Shown: positions 10,604 to 19,197 of the stretch, piece after piece
How the letters are laid out: each line of letters opens with the position of its first letter
Numbering within the stretch: the stretch's first letter is position 1
Source: Oscillospiraceae bacterium
GTDB taxonomy: Bacteria; Bacillota; Clostridia; UMGS1840
DNA: 64,000 nucleotides
Assembly: GCA_015068645.1 (NCBI GenBank)
Contig: SVKD01000004.1
Coordinates: 3,054 to 67,053 of the forward strand
Direction of reading: 5' to 3'
The notes under the pieces: generated by a model
Database searches by the model: none
What the model saw: the letters and a program-made list of their open reading frames with translations, nothing else
Told to the model about the DNA's origin: nothing
Position numbers and translations under genes: made by a program

Positions 10604-10976
10604 CTTTGTCGCCTCCTTCCAGCATAATCATCAATTTATGGGGCAGACAGATTAACATATCGCCTGCTTGGGAGATTGTTCCCATTTGCACACAATCGTG
10701 ATTGGGACAATCGCTATCGGTAATGGCTACCATGCCCGAATTCAGGTATATTTGATTATAGCCATAATCTGTTTTTACCATGATTTCTTTTTCGTATCCC
10801 TCAGAAATAGAATAGGTTGCATATTCACGGGAATCTACATAAATTGTTACCGTGTTTGCCGAAAGAGGTGATCGATAAAATCCGATAGCTGCCGCGATCG
10901 CCACAGCGATAATCATACTGAATATAAAAAAATCGCCTTTTTTGAAAGTGCTAATCAAAAAACGTTGCTTTTTCAT
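10584..10976 (-). CDS. NusG domain II-containing, membrane-anchored protein (DUF1312)
   Basis: 130 aa. N-terminal TM segment and CPNHDCVQMGTIS...ICLPHKLMI motif. Confidence 0.65.
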   Translation of the reverse strand: MKKQRFLISTFKKGDFFIFSMIIAVAIAAAIGFYRSPLSANTVTIYVDSREYATYSISEGYEKEIMVKTDYGYNQIYLNSGMVAITDSDCPNHDCVQMGTISQAGDMLICLPHKLMIMLEGGDKVDAVSY

Positions 10977-11065
10977 AGTTTCCTCAAGCTTTTGATGATG
11001 GAGAAAAGGGAAGTGACAAAGCGTCTTTTCCGAAACTTTCCCACATTATACTCTATAACTATTTT

Positions 11066-11094
11066 ACTATATCATAAAAAAGAGTAATAGTCAA
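11066..11094 (-). promoter_or_regulatory. sigma-A-type promoter for the NusG-II/Gx transporter operon
   Basis: On the minus strand: TTGACT, 17 nt, TATAGT. Confidence 0.5.
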
Positions 11095-11197
11095 GAATGC
11101 AAACTGGATTTTTTTAGAAAAAATATTCTTTTTTTACAAAGAAAAAAATATGGAAAAAAGTTACTGCTTTTTCTTTCAAAATGGTAATTTTTTTGCA

Positions 11198-11226
11198 TTG
11201 ATTTTATGAATAATCTGTGCTAAGAT
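11198..11226 (+). promoter_or_regulatory. candidate promoter of the SLH protein gene
   Basis: TTGATT, 17 nt, TAAGAT, with a TGc extended -10. Leaves a leader of about 150 nt. Confidence 0.4.
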
Positions 11227-11380
11227 GGGTTTGTAACAAACGAAAACATACGAAAGATTGCTTACATACTCAGTGCATACTCCTTATTTTGCTTACATAT
11301 TAAGAAAATCGGCTCATTTGCCTTTGTTCTTGGTATGTAAGCAATTTTCATTTTATTTTAAAAAACGGAGGAGAAAAAGT

Positions 11381-13978
11381 ATGACAAAACAGTCACAGTT
11401 TATGAAAAAGACTCTGGCAATGCTTTTGGGCGTTATTATGCTCATCGGTATGAGTGTTTCATCATTTGCGTATAACGTATCCACAGACCTTCAGGGTACC
11501 AAATACGAGGATGCAGGAGCAGTGCTGGGAGCTCTTGGTATTATGGTGGGTGATCCGGACGGAAACTTCCGCCCCGATGACGGCATTAAACGTTCTGAGT
11601 TTGCAAAAATTGCCGTTCACGTGATGGGACTTGAGGAATCTGCAAAAGCTTCCCAGTCTGCCACCAAATTTTTGGATGTGCCGTCTGAATACTGGGCAAC
11701 CGGTTATATCAATGTGGCAGCGAACCAGAAACTGATTGTAGGGGACCCCGACGGAAACTTCCGTCCGGAAGACAGAATTTCCTATCAGGAAGCGGTTACC
11801 ATTTTAACCCGTATGTTGGGTTATGAGCTGGCGGCGGAATCCAAAGGCGGCTACCCCGGCGGCTATCTGCAGGTGGCAAATCAGTATGGTTTCACCAAAA
11901 ATGCTGCAGGGAGCGGTACCGAGGTGACCAAACGTGGCATTGCGGCAATTTTAACCTACAATGCATTAACCATCGGTATGATGGAGCAGACCGGGTTCGG
12001 TTCCAATTCTAATTTTGAAATTACCGATAAAACTGTATTAAAAGAATATCTTTCTACTGAGCGTTTTTCCGGTCAGGTAACCGGTAACTACTACACCAAA
12101 TTAACCGCTGCAAGCGGTCTGGAAGAAAATCAGATTGAAATTGATTCCGTGGTGTATGAAACCACCGATAAAAATGCGGCAAATTATCTGGGACACCGTG
12201 TGAATTACTATGTAAGAACTGACGATAACGGTGATAAAACCGTCATTTTAGTAAGACCCGAAGCAGGCAGAAACAAAATCATGACCATCGACGGAGCTAA
12301 CATTGAAACCGTGGAAGCAGGTCGTATCAACTACTGGCAGAACAAAGACACCGACAAAGCAACCAAATATGCAAAAATTTCCGCTTCTGCAAAAATGATT
12401 TACAATGGCACCTTCGTATCTTTTGACGAAGCAAAAATCAAAGAAAACGGTACTTTAGCGGGTAACGTGGAACTCTTGGACGTGGATTCCGATGACACCT
12501 ACGATGTGGTATTTGTAAATGAATATAAAAACTTAGTGGTTGACGGTATCAGCAATTTATCTTACACCGTAACCGACAAATACGGCAATCCGTCCTTATC
12601 CTTTGACCCCGAAGAAACCGGAGTGAAATTCTCTTTAACCGACAAAAACGGCAACCCCTTCAAATTTGAAGAGTTAAAAGAATGGATGGTTATTTCCTAT
12701 CTGGAAAATGAAGCACAGGATGTGTTAAAAGCAACTGTTATCACCGATAAGGCGGAAGGCACGGTTGTGGAAATGGAAGGCGACAAATTTAAAATTGGCG
12801 ACAAATTCTATCAGAAAGCAGATAACTATACCGGTGAAATCAAATTAGATGACGAAGGCACCTTCTTCTTAGATATCCGTGGTCGAATTGCAGCAGTAAA
12901 CACCAATTCCGCCCTGTCCGATAAGTACGCATACCTCTTGGATGCTGCAGAAGCAGATGGTATGAATGAGCATATTGACCTGAAACTTTATAATATGAGC
13001 GGGGAAGTGGTAATTCTCTCTTCTCACGATAAAATTTCCTTAAACGGCGGCAGCAGAGAAGCGGCAAAAACCGTTCTGGAAAAATTAAAAGCAGATGGCA
13101 AAGTAACCAAACAGTTAATCACTTATGAAGTAAACGCAGATGGTAAACTCACCAAATTAAACACGGCAGAAGATATTTCCGGCAGCGGTGTTACCATCAA
13201 CAAAGACAAATTTGTGATGAACTATAAAGGTGACAACACCGCTTATAAGAAAACTTCTTCTAAATTAGGCTCTTATGTGATTACCGATTCCACTTTGGTG
13301 TTTGACATTCCTGCAACTGCAACCAATTCCGACGATTATGCCATCAAAAACAAATCCATGTTTGAAGACGGCGGTTTATACGATGTGGAAATTTACGATG
13401 CAGGGGAAGACCTTTCTGCAAAAGTAGTCATCGTGAAAAACTCCACCGGTCTGACCAGCTCCGAGAGCCCGATTGCAGTTATCAATAAAATTTCTCAGTC
13501 CAGAAACGACAAAGGCGAAATTGTAGACAAATTATATGCAGCACACAACGGTCAGATGATTGCCTTAGAAACCTCTGAAAAAGGTATTTTAGTAAACGGT
13601 GAAGGCAAACAGTTAAAAGCAGGGGATGTGATTCAGTTCAGAACCAACGCACAGGGTGTGATTGATAGAATCACCGTTCTCTTTGAAGTGGATGACAAAG
13701 CAACTGAGTTTACAAAAACCGACGGCGATATGCGTCTGGTATACGGTAAAGTAGACCGTAAGTTTGCATCCTCCATTAACGTAACCGTAAACGGCGGAAG
13801 CGTGGAAAACTTCTCACTTGACGGCGTGAAAGTTGTATCTGTGGATACCACCAAATCCTCCACTCAGGTGAAGTTAGCCGATGCAGGTGACATTCAGAAA
13901 TACGATGCAAAGAGCCCCAGACTGGTGCTGATTCGTGAGTATAAAGACCAGGTCCAGGAAATTGTTATCGTAAGATAA
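11381..13978 (+). CDS. S-layer homology (SLH) domain surface protein
   Basis: ORF 11258..13978. Start moved to ATG 11381 behind GGAGGAG. Signal peptide, then three SLH repeats (e.g. GIMVGDPDGNFRPDDGIKRSEFAKI), then a large beta-rich region. Confidence 0.88.
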   Translation: MTKQSQFMKKTLAMLLGVIMLIGMSVSSFAYNVSTDLQGTKYEDAGAVLGALGIMVGDPDGNFRPDDGIKRSEFAKIAVHVMGLEESAKASQSATKFLDVPSEYWATGYINVAANQKLIVGDPDGNFRPEDRISYQEAVTILTRMLGYELAAESKGGYPGGYLQVANQYGFTKNAAGSGTEVTKRGIAAILTYNALTIGMMEQTGFGSNSNFEITDKTVLKEYLSTERFSGQVTGNYYTKLTAASGLEENQIEIDSVVYETTDKNAANYLGHRVNYYVRTDDNGDKTVILVRPEAGRNKIMTIDGANIETVEAGRINYWQNKDTDKATKYAKISASAKMIYNGTFVSFDEAKIKENGTLAGNVELLDVDSDDTYDVVFVNEYKNLVVDGISNLSYTVTDKYGNPSLSFDPEETGVKFSLTDKNGNPFKFEELKEWMVISYLENEAQDVLKATVITDKAEGTVVEMEGDKFKIGDKFYQKADNYTGEIKLDDEGTFFLDIRGRIAAVNTNSALSDKYAYLLDAAEADGMNEHIDLKLYNMSGEVVILSSHDKISLNGGSREAAKTVLEKLKADGKVTKQLITYEVNADGKLTKLNTAEDISGSGVTINKDKFVMNYKGDNTAYKKTSSKLGSYVITDSTLVFDIPATATNSDDYAIKNKSMFEDGGLYDVEIYDAGEDLSAKVVIVKNSTGLTSSESPIAVINKISQSRNDKGEIVDKLYAAHNGQMIALETSEKGILVNGEGKQLKAGDVIQFRTNAQGVIDRITVLFEVDDKATEFTKTDGDMRLVYGKVDRKFASSINVTVNGGSVENFSLDGVKVVSVDTTKSSTQVKLADAGDIQKYDAKSPRLVLIREYKDQVQEIVIVR

Positions 13979-13986
13979 TCTCCTAA

Positions 13987-14016
13987 GAAAAAAGGCAGTC
14001 ATCCGACTGCCTTTAC
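13987..14016 (+). terminator. intrinsic terminator after the SLH gene
   Basis: AGGCAGTC-atcc-GACTGCCT followed by a short T-run. Confidence 0.6.
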
Positions 14017-14051
14017 ATATTTTAAAAAAATTTAAAAAAACAAGAAAAATA

Positions 14052-14079
14052 TTGACGAAATTGATAATTATGATATAAT
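14052..14079 (+). promoter_or_regulatory. promoter of the alpha-galactosidase gene
   Basis: TTGACG, 16 nt, TATAAT, with a TGa extended -10. Confidence 0.6.
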
Positions 14080-14121
14080 GATTATAACAACTTTTTTGCG
14101 TGAACAAGGAGATTTTTGGTT

Positions 14122-16302
14122 ATGAGCATTTCCTATATTTCCAAAGAACAAATTTTTCATTTGCAGACTCCCAACACCAGTTATGTATTGGGCGTTTTAG
14201 ACGGTAAACATTTGCTTCATTTATATTATGGAAAACGGATTGATGAATACACATCTATTTTAGATAATTTCCCCATTGCAGGGGAGTTGGCATTTTCGCC
14301 CATTGATGTTCCTGAACATTTTATGAGCACCAATATGCTTCCTATGGAATATCCTTGCTACGGCAGTGCAGACTTTCGTTCTCCTGCATTCCACGCAGAA
14401 TATGAAGACGGAAGCTCCGTTACCTGTTTTGAATACGAATGCTATGAGATTTTTAAAGGCAAAAAGAAGCTGGAAGGACTGCCTGCCACCTACGTGGAAA
14501 ATGACAGCGAAGCAGAGACGCTGGAAATCACTCTTTGTGACCGTTTGACCGGCGTAAAAGTGATACTCTCTTACACTGTTTTTAATCAAGTGGATGCCAT
14601 TGCCAAAAGCGTTCGTGTGCAAAATGACGGGAATGGGGTTGTTACCTTAAAAAGTGTGCTTTCTTCCACCATTCATCTGTTTGATAAAAATTATGAGTTT
14701 GTGCATTTGGAAGGTGCTTGGGCAAAAGAGAGAAGTATCCAGAAAAGACCGCTGTTAAACGGTTGTATGCAAATTGACAGTAAACGTGTGACCTCAAGCC
14801 ACCATCACAGTCCCTTTGTGGCGTTGGCTCGTCCTTATGCCACCGAAACACAGGGAGATGTGTACGGTTTTAGCTTCGTGTATAGCGGAAACCACATCGA
14901 GCAGGTGGAAGTAAACGAATTTGACACCGCCAGAGTGAATGTGGGTATCAATCCGTTCGGCTTCTCCTGGCAGCTTACTCCTAATGCCGAATTTCAGACC
15001 CCCGAAGTGGTGTTAACCTACTCCGATTGCGGCTTCGGCAAAATGTCAAGAACTTATCATAAACTGTACCGTACCCGTCTGGTTCGCGGGAAATACAGAG
15101 ACGAACAGCGCCCTGTGTTAATCAATAACTGGGAAGCAACCTATTTTGATTTCAACGAAGAAAAAATCTTAAAAATCGCATCCAAAGCACAGTCTGTGGG
15201 TATTGACTTAATGGTGCTTGACGATGGTTGGTTCGGCAAACGAAATTCCGATAACTGTTCCTTGGGGGATTGGGTGGTTGACACAAATAAATTGCCCGAC
15301 GGTATCGAAAGCTTAGCAACCAAAGTCAACGAAATGGGAATGAAGTTTGGTCTTTGGTTTGAGCCCGAAATGATTTCAGAAGACAGTGACTTATACAGAG
15401 CCCATCCTGATTGGTGTATTCACATTGAAGGAAGAAAATGTACCCCGGCAAGAAATCAGTTGATGCTGGATTTAACCAGAGAAGAAATCCGTGATTATAT
15501 TGTGGATGCGGTATGTTCTGTGCTGAAATCCGCACCCATTTCCTATGTAAAATGGGATATGAACCGAAATGCCACCGAGCTTGGTTCCAAATCCTTACCG
15601 CCCCAGCGTCAGCAGGAATTTGCACACCGCTATGTGTTGGGCATTTATGAAGTGATGGAACGAATCACCTCCGCATTCCCCGATGTGTTATTTGAAGGAT
15701 GCTCCGGCGGTGGCGGACGTTTTGATGCCGGTATGCTTTACTATTATCCCCAGTACTGGACCAGCGACAACACCGACGGGGTGGAACGTCTCTCTATCCA
15801 GCACGGCACTTCTATGGTGATGCCTGCTTCCACTATGGGAGCACACATTTCTGCTGTTCCCAATCATCAGGTAGGAAGAACCACACCTCTTACGTTCCGT
15901 GGTCACGTTGCGATGGCAGGTCAGTTCGGTTACGAATTGGATTTAAACACCTTATCCGATGAGGAAATCGAAATCGTAAAAGAACAGGTGAAACTGTATA
16001 AAGATATTCGTGATATCGTTCAGAGAGGGGAGCTCTACCGTCTGGCAAGTCCCTTTGAAGGAAACAATACCTCCTGGGAATATGTGCACGAAGACAGAGT
16101 TGTCCTCACTTATTATACCATCCGTGCGAGAAGCACCACAGGGAAAACCAATGTGAAACTTTGCGGTTTGGATGAAACCGCAAAATATACGGAAACAACC
16201 GGCGGTAAAACCTACAGCGGTTCTTACCTGATGAATGTGGGCCTTTATTTTGAAGATAAAAAAGATTATTCTTCCACTATGTTGATTTTCCAAAAACAAT
16301 AA
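14122..16302 (+). CDS. aga: alpha-galactosidase, GH36
   Basis: About 726 aa. KWDMNR and CSGGGGRFD motifs. ATG 14122 is preferred over TTG 14116 (AAGGAG lies 11 nt upstream). Confidence 0.9.
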   Translation: MSISYISKEQIFHLQTPNTSYVLGVLDGKHLLHLYYGKRIDEYTSILDNFPIAGELAFSPIDVPEHFMSTNMLPMEYPCYGSADFRSPAFHAEYEDGSSVTCFEYECYEIFKGKKKLEGLPATYVENDSEAETLEITLCDRLTGVKVILSYTVFNQVDAIAKSVRVQNDGNGVVTLKSVLSSTIHLFDKNYEFVHLEGAWAKERSIQKRPLLNGCMQIDSKRVTSSHHHSPFVALARPYATETQGDVYGFSFVYSGNHIEQVEVNEFDTARVNVGINPFGFSWQLTPNAEFQTPEVVLTYSDCGFGKMSRTYHKLYRTRLVRGKYRDEQRPVLINNWEATYFDFNEEKILKIASKAQSVGIDLMVLDDGWFGKRNSDNCSLGDWVVDTNKLPDGIESLATKVNEMGMKFGLWFEPEMISEDSDLYRAHPDWCIHIEGRKCTPARNQLMLDLTREEIRDYIVDAVCSVLKSAPISYVKWDMNRNATELGSKSLPPQRQQEFAHRYVLGIYEVMERITSAFPDVLFEGCSGGGGRFDAGMLYYYPQYWTSDNTDGVERLSIQHGTSMVMPASTMGAHISAVPNHQVGRTTPLTFRGHVAMAGQFGYELDLNTLSDEEIEIVKEQVKLYKDIRDIVQRGELYRLASPFEGNNTSWEYVHEDRVVLTYYTIRARSTTGKTNVKLCGLDETAKYTETTGGKTYSGSYLMNVGLYFEDKKDYSSTMLIFQKQ

Positions 16303-16322
16303 ACAGAGCAATACTAAAAAAT

Positions 16323-16357
16323 AAAAAATGCTGACCAATTTGATCAGCATTTTTTTA
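16323..16357 (+). terminator. intrinsic terminator of aga
   Basis: ATGCTGA-9 nt-TCAGCAT followed by TTTTTT. Confidence 0.75.
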
Positions 16358-16428
16358 TTGTGAATACAACAAGGTTCCGGGGCACCCGACCGCAATCTTT
16401 GATTGCGTCATCGGGTCGGGTTCTTATT
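16355..16428 (+). repeat. terminator-associated 64-nt structured repeat, copy 1 (core 16360-16423 flanked by TTATT)
   Basis: Core GTGAATACAACAAGGTTCCGGGGCACCCGACCGCAATCTTTGATTGCGTCATCGGGTCGGGTTC. Near-identical copies at 56233-56296 (+) and 59445-59508 (-). Confidence 0.9.
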
Positions 16429-17141
16429 TATTTGTTCTTCACAATATCTTTTATCACTTCGCCGGCGATAATTAGTCCTGCAACCGATGGTACAAAGGCA
16501 ACACTTCCGGGTGCTTTTCGTCCGGTGGTTCCCTTGTCTTCAGCGGAAGCATCATATAAAGGAGTGAGCGGTTCTTCTTTGGAATACACCACTTTTAAAT
16601 GGTCGATTTTTCGTTTCCGAAGCTCTTGGCGCATCACTCTTGCCAAAGGACAAACCGAGGTTTTGGAAATATCGGTCACTTCCAACTTTGTGGGATCTAA
16701 TTTGTTGCCCGTTCCCATAGAAGAAATGATGGGGATATTTAATTTGTGTGCCGTTTCAATTAAATGAAGCTTTGCTGTCACCGTGTCGATGGCATCTACG
16801 ATATAGTCGATGCCCGAAAAATCAAAGTCGGTTTCAGGCAGATAAAATTCAGTTTTTAAATGCACTTTGGCATCGGGGTTAATGGATAAAATCCGTTCTT
16901 TTGATACTTCGGTTTTATACTGTCCCACGGTATCCTGGGTGGCAATCAGCTGACGGTTTAAATTGGTGAGAGAAACGGTATCGTTATCCACCAAAGTAAA
17001 GGTGCCAACACCGCTTCGGCATAATGCTTCCACCGTGTAGGAACCCACTCCGCCCAAGCCAAATACTGACACGTGTGCTTTTTTTAGTTTTTCTACCCCT
17101 TCTTTTCCAAGAAGAAGTTCTGTACGGGAGAATTGGTTCAT
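16428..17141 (-). CDS. tcdA: tRNA threonylcarbamoyladenosine dehydratase (ThiF/E1-like)
   Basis: 237 aa. Rossmann motif GLGGVGS and TcdA-like length and sequence. Confidence 0.85.
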   Translation of the reverse strand: MNQFSRTELLLGKEGVEKLKKAHVSVFGLGGVGSYTVEALCRSGVGTFTLVDNDTVSLTNLNRQLIATQDTVGQYKTEVSKERILSINPDAKVHLKTEFYLPETDFDFSGIDYIVDAIDTVTAKLHLIETAHKLNIPIISSMGTGNKLDPTKLEVTDISKTSVCPLARVMRQELRKRKIDHLKVVYSKEEPLTPLYDASAEDKGTTGRKAPGSVAFVPSVAGLIIAGEVIKDIVKNK

Positions 17142-18004
17142 TATGCTTCCTCCGCATTAGATTTTTCTGACAGTTTTAACACTTTTCGCATTTTCTTTTT
17201 CATATCGTCATAGCCGATTTTCCAAACAGCCTTTAATTGGTCGGGATTTTTTTCAAACCGTCCCACAGCTAAGGGAGCATCGGGGGCAATCACCACAGCT
17301 TTTCCGTCTTTTTCTAATTGGTCTATGAAGGCTAAGCTTTCGTTATACTGTTGGTGACGATGGTCCAATGCATCAATCATTTTCGGATATTTTTTATACA
17401 TCCGTTTATAAACGCTTCTGAATTTTTCAGGTTTTTTGACAAAGCCTCGTTCTCTTGTTAAAACCACGATCACTTTGTCACAACCGTCTTCCAACGCTTT
17501 TTTTACGGGGATGGAATCTGCTACACCGCCGTCTAAATATTTCCCGCCTTGATACTCCACAATGGGAGCAAACACCGGCAGGGAAGAGGATGCCCGAAGT
17601 ACCATGTTTTTCGGTTCTACGTGAGATTTATCAAAATATTTGGCACGTCCTGTGATAACGTCGGTCACACCCATTACAAATTCGCAGGGAGATTGGAAAA
17701 AAGCGTCATAATCAAAGGGAATCAGTTTGTTGGGAATTTCATCAAAGAGAAAATCCATACCGAACAGAGATTTTGTGGTGAGATAATTTTTCATTCCCAA
17801 ATATCGGCTGTCGGTAATATATTCTGTGTTCGTGCGATAAGCTCTGCCTTTTTGACCCGACACATAAGAGGAGCCGTTGCAGGCACCTGCAGAAACACCG
17901 ATCACGTAATCTGCACGGAAATTTTCATCCATCAGGCAGTCCAACACCCCGATGGTGTAAATTCCACGCATGCCGCCGCCTTCCAAAACAAGTCCGATTT
18001 TCAT
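17141..18004 (-). CDS. patatin-like phospholipase
   Basis: 287 aa. GGGMRG oxyanion motif and GVSAGA (GxSxG) nucleophile elbow. Confidence 0.85.
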   Translation of the reverse strand: MKIGLVLEGGGMRGIYTIGVLDCLMDENFRADYVIGVSAGACNGSSYVSGQKGRAYRTNTEYITDSRYLGMKNYLTTKSLFGMDFLFDEIPNKLIPFDYDAFFQSPCEFVMGVTDVITGRAKYFDKSHVEPKNMVLRASSSLPVFAPIVEYQGGKYLDGGVADSIPVKKALEDGCDKVIVVLTRERGFVKKPEKFRSVYKRMYKKYPKMIDALDHRHQQYNESLAFIDQLEKDGKAVVIAPDAPLAVGRFEKNPDQLKAVWKIGYDDMKKKMRKVLKLSEKSNAEEA

Positions 18005-18022
18005 AAAGGGGTTTCCTTTCCG

Positions 18023-18532
18023 CTAAAATTTGAATCTTCGTAAACGAATGGCATAAAACTGAATTGCCCGCTCCAATACAATATCATACAGCACAATCAC
18101 TGCCATTAACAACACATACAATAGCCAAAGTGCATCTTCAAAGGGGGCAAATAATCTCATCACAAAGTATGCCGCTACCGAAAGTAAACTCACCCATACC
18201 AATTTGATGACCCAACGGATGGCTTTGGAGAATACTTTGTGGTCCACAATATGCTTCACGATAGGGTAGTGGGTAATGATAATGGCATAGGCAACCATAT
18301 CCACCTTACTTGCCACTAACACAAAACCTAACAGCGTAATTACGGCGCAGGTAGCAATTCCGTAACGAACGCCGTATTCTTCTGTGGCAACATAGGTGAA
18401 AAAGGTAGAAAACAGATAGAAAAATGCGGTTACCGTTGGTAAAATGTTGGTGATTAAAAGAGACAATGCTCCCAGTGCAGAGAGCATTGCGCAAAAGGTT
18501 ATTTTTTTGGTTAAGGTTGTTGATTTTCTCAT
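18023..18532 (-). CDS. polytopic membrane protein, unknown function
   Basis: ORF 18023..18598. Start set at ATG 18532 (MRKSTTL) behind AGGAAGG. Five or six predicted TM helices. Confidence 0.6.
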   Translation of the reverse strand: MRKSTTLTKKITFCAMLSALGALSLLITNILPTVTAFFYLFSTFFTYVATEEYGVRYGIATCAVITLLGFVLVASKVDMVAYAIIITHYPIVKHIVDHKVFSKAIRWVIKLVWVSLLSVAAYFVMRLFAPFEDALWLLYVLLMAVIVLYDIVLERAIQFYAIRLRRFKF

Positions 18533-18543
18533 AAGGCACCTTC

Positions 18544-19161
18544 CTAACAGCAGGAGATCAAATCGCCGCCCATCATTTCGCAGCAACAGTCTGCACAAAG
18601 AAGGTTACTGCAACAATCGCAAGTGCTCATACCACCGCCGTAACCATAGGTGTTGCCGGTTTGCTGGTATGTCTGCTGGCGACGGGATACACTGTTTAAC
18701 ATATTGCGGTATTCCATATTGGAGGGTTCCATATCCACTGCTGTCTGCAGATGTTGGATACCTTCAAAATGCCAGCCCTTGTTTAAATAAACCACACCGG
18801 TTAAAAAATGCCACTCTGCAGAACCGTCATTTAGGCGATTCAGTTCTTCTTCCGCTTCTCGGAAACGTCGCATCCGAATCATTGTCCGCACGTTCATAAA
18901 GCTGGAGGAACCGGAATGGTTGTAAGAACCGGAATAACTTCTGCTGCCGGAATAGTTGGAACCGGAACTTCTTCCCGCACGTTCTTTTGTGATTCTGTCA
19001 TACGCTTCGTTGATTGCCTGCAGTTTTTCTTTGGCAAGGTCTTCTAAAGGATTATCTTTATATTTATCGGGATGATATTTTTTCACCAGTTCCCGATAGG
19101 CTTTTTTGATGGTTTCATCACTGTCGGAGGGATTTACTCCTAAAATTTCATAGGGATTCAT
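18544..19161 (-). CDS. J-domain protein with a Cys-rich C-terminal tail
   Basis: 205 aa. N-terminal J domain (YEILGV...KKYHPDK) and a C-terminus CDCCSNLLCADCCCEMMGGDLISCC. Good AAAGGAG RBS. Confidence 0.85.
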   Translation of the reverse strand: MNPYEILGVNPSDSDETIKKAYRELVKKYHPDKYKDNPLEDLAKEKLQAINEAYDRITKERAGRSSGSNYSGSRSYSGSYNHSGSSSFMNVRTMIRMRRFREAEEELNRLNDGSAEWHFLTGVVYLNKGWHFEGIQHLQTAVDMEPSNMEYRNMLNSVSRRQQTYQQTGNTYGYGGGMSTCDCCSNLLCADCCCEMMGGDLISCC

Positions 19162-19197
19162 AAGGGGTCTCCTTTTTAAATTGGTATATCAAAAAAA

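Noticed and set aside
11258-11380. Upstream extensions of ORFs: the SLH protein from 11258, the amidase from 31098, the GT from 51288, secF from 50309, galT from 1494 and uvrC to 37423.
   Set aside because: Internal ATGs preceded by strong Shine-Dalgarno sequences give canonical N-termini or signal peptides. The extensions encode implausible peptides or overlap promoters and upstream genes.
16360-16423. The 64-nt repeat as a group II intron fragment (GTGAA..CAAGG resembles part of Ll.LtrB domain VI), a tRNA-like element or a CRISPR repeat.
   Set aside because: It has no domain V-like helix, no GUGYG 5' end and no cloverleaf, and there is no array organisation. The similarity to intron sequence spans only a few nucleotides and is probably chance.
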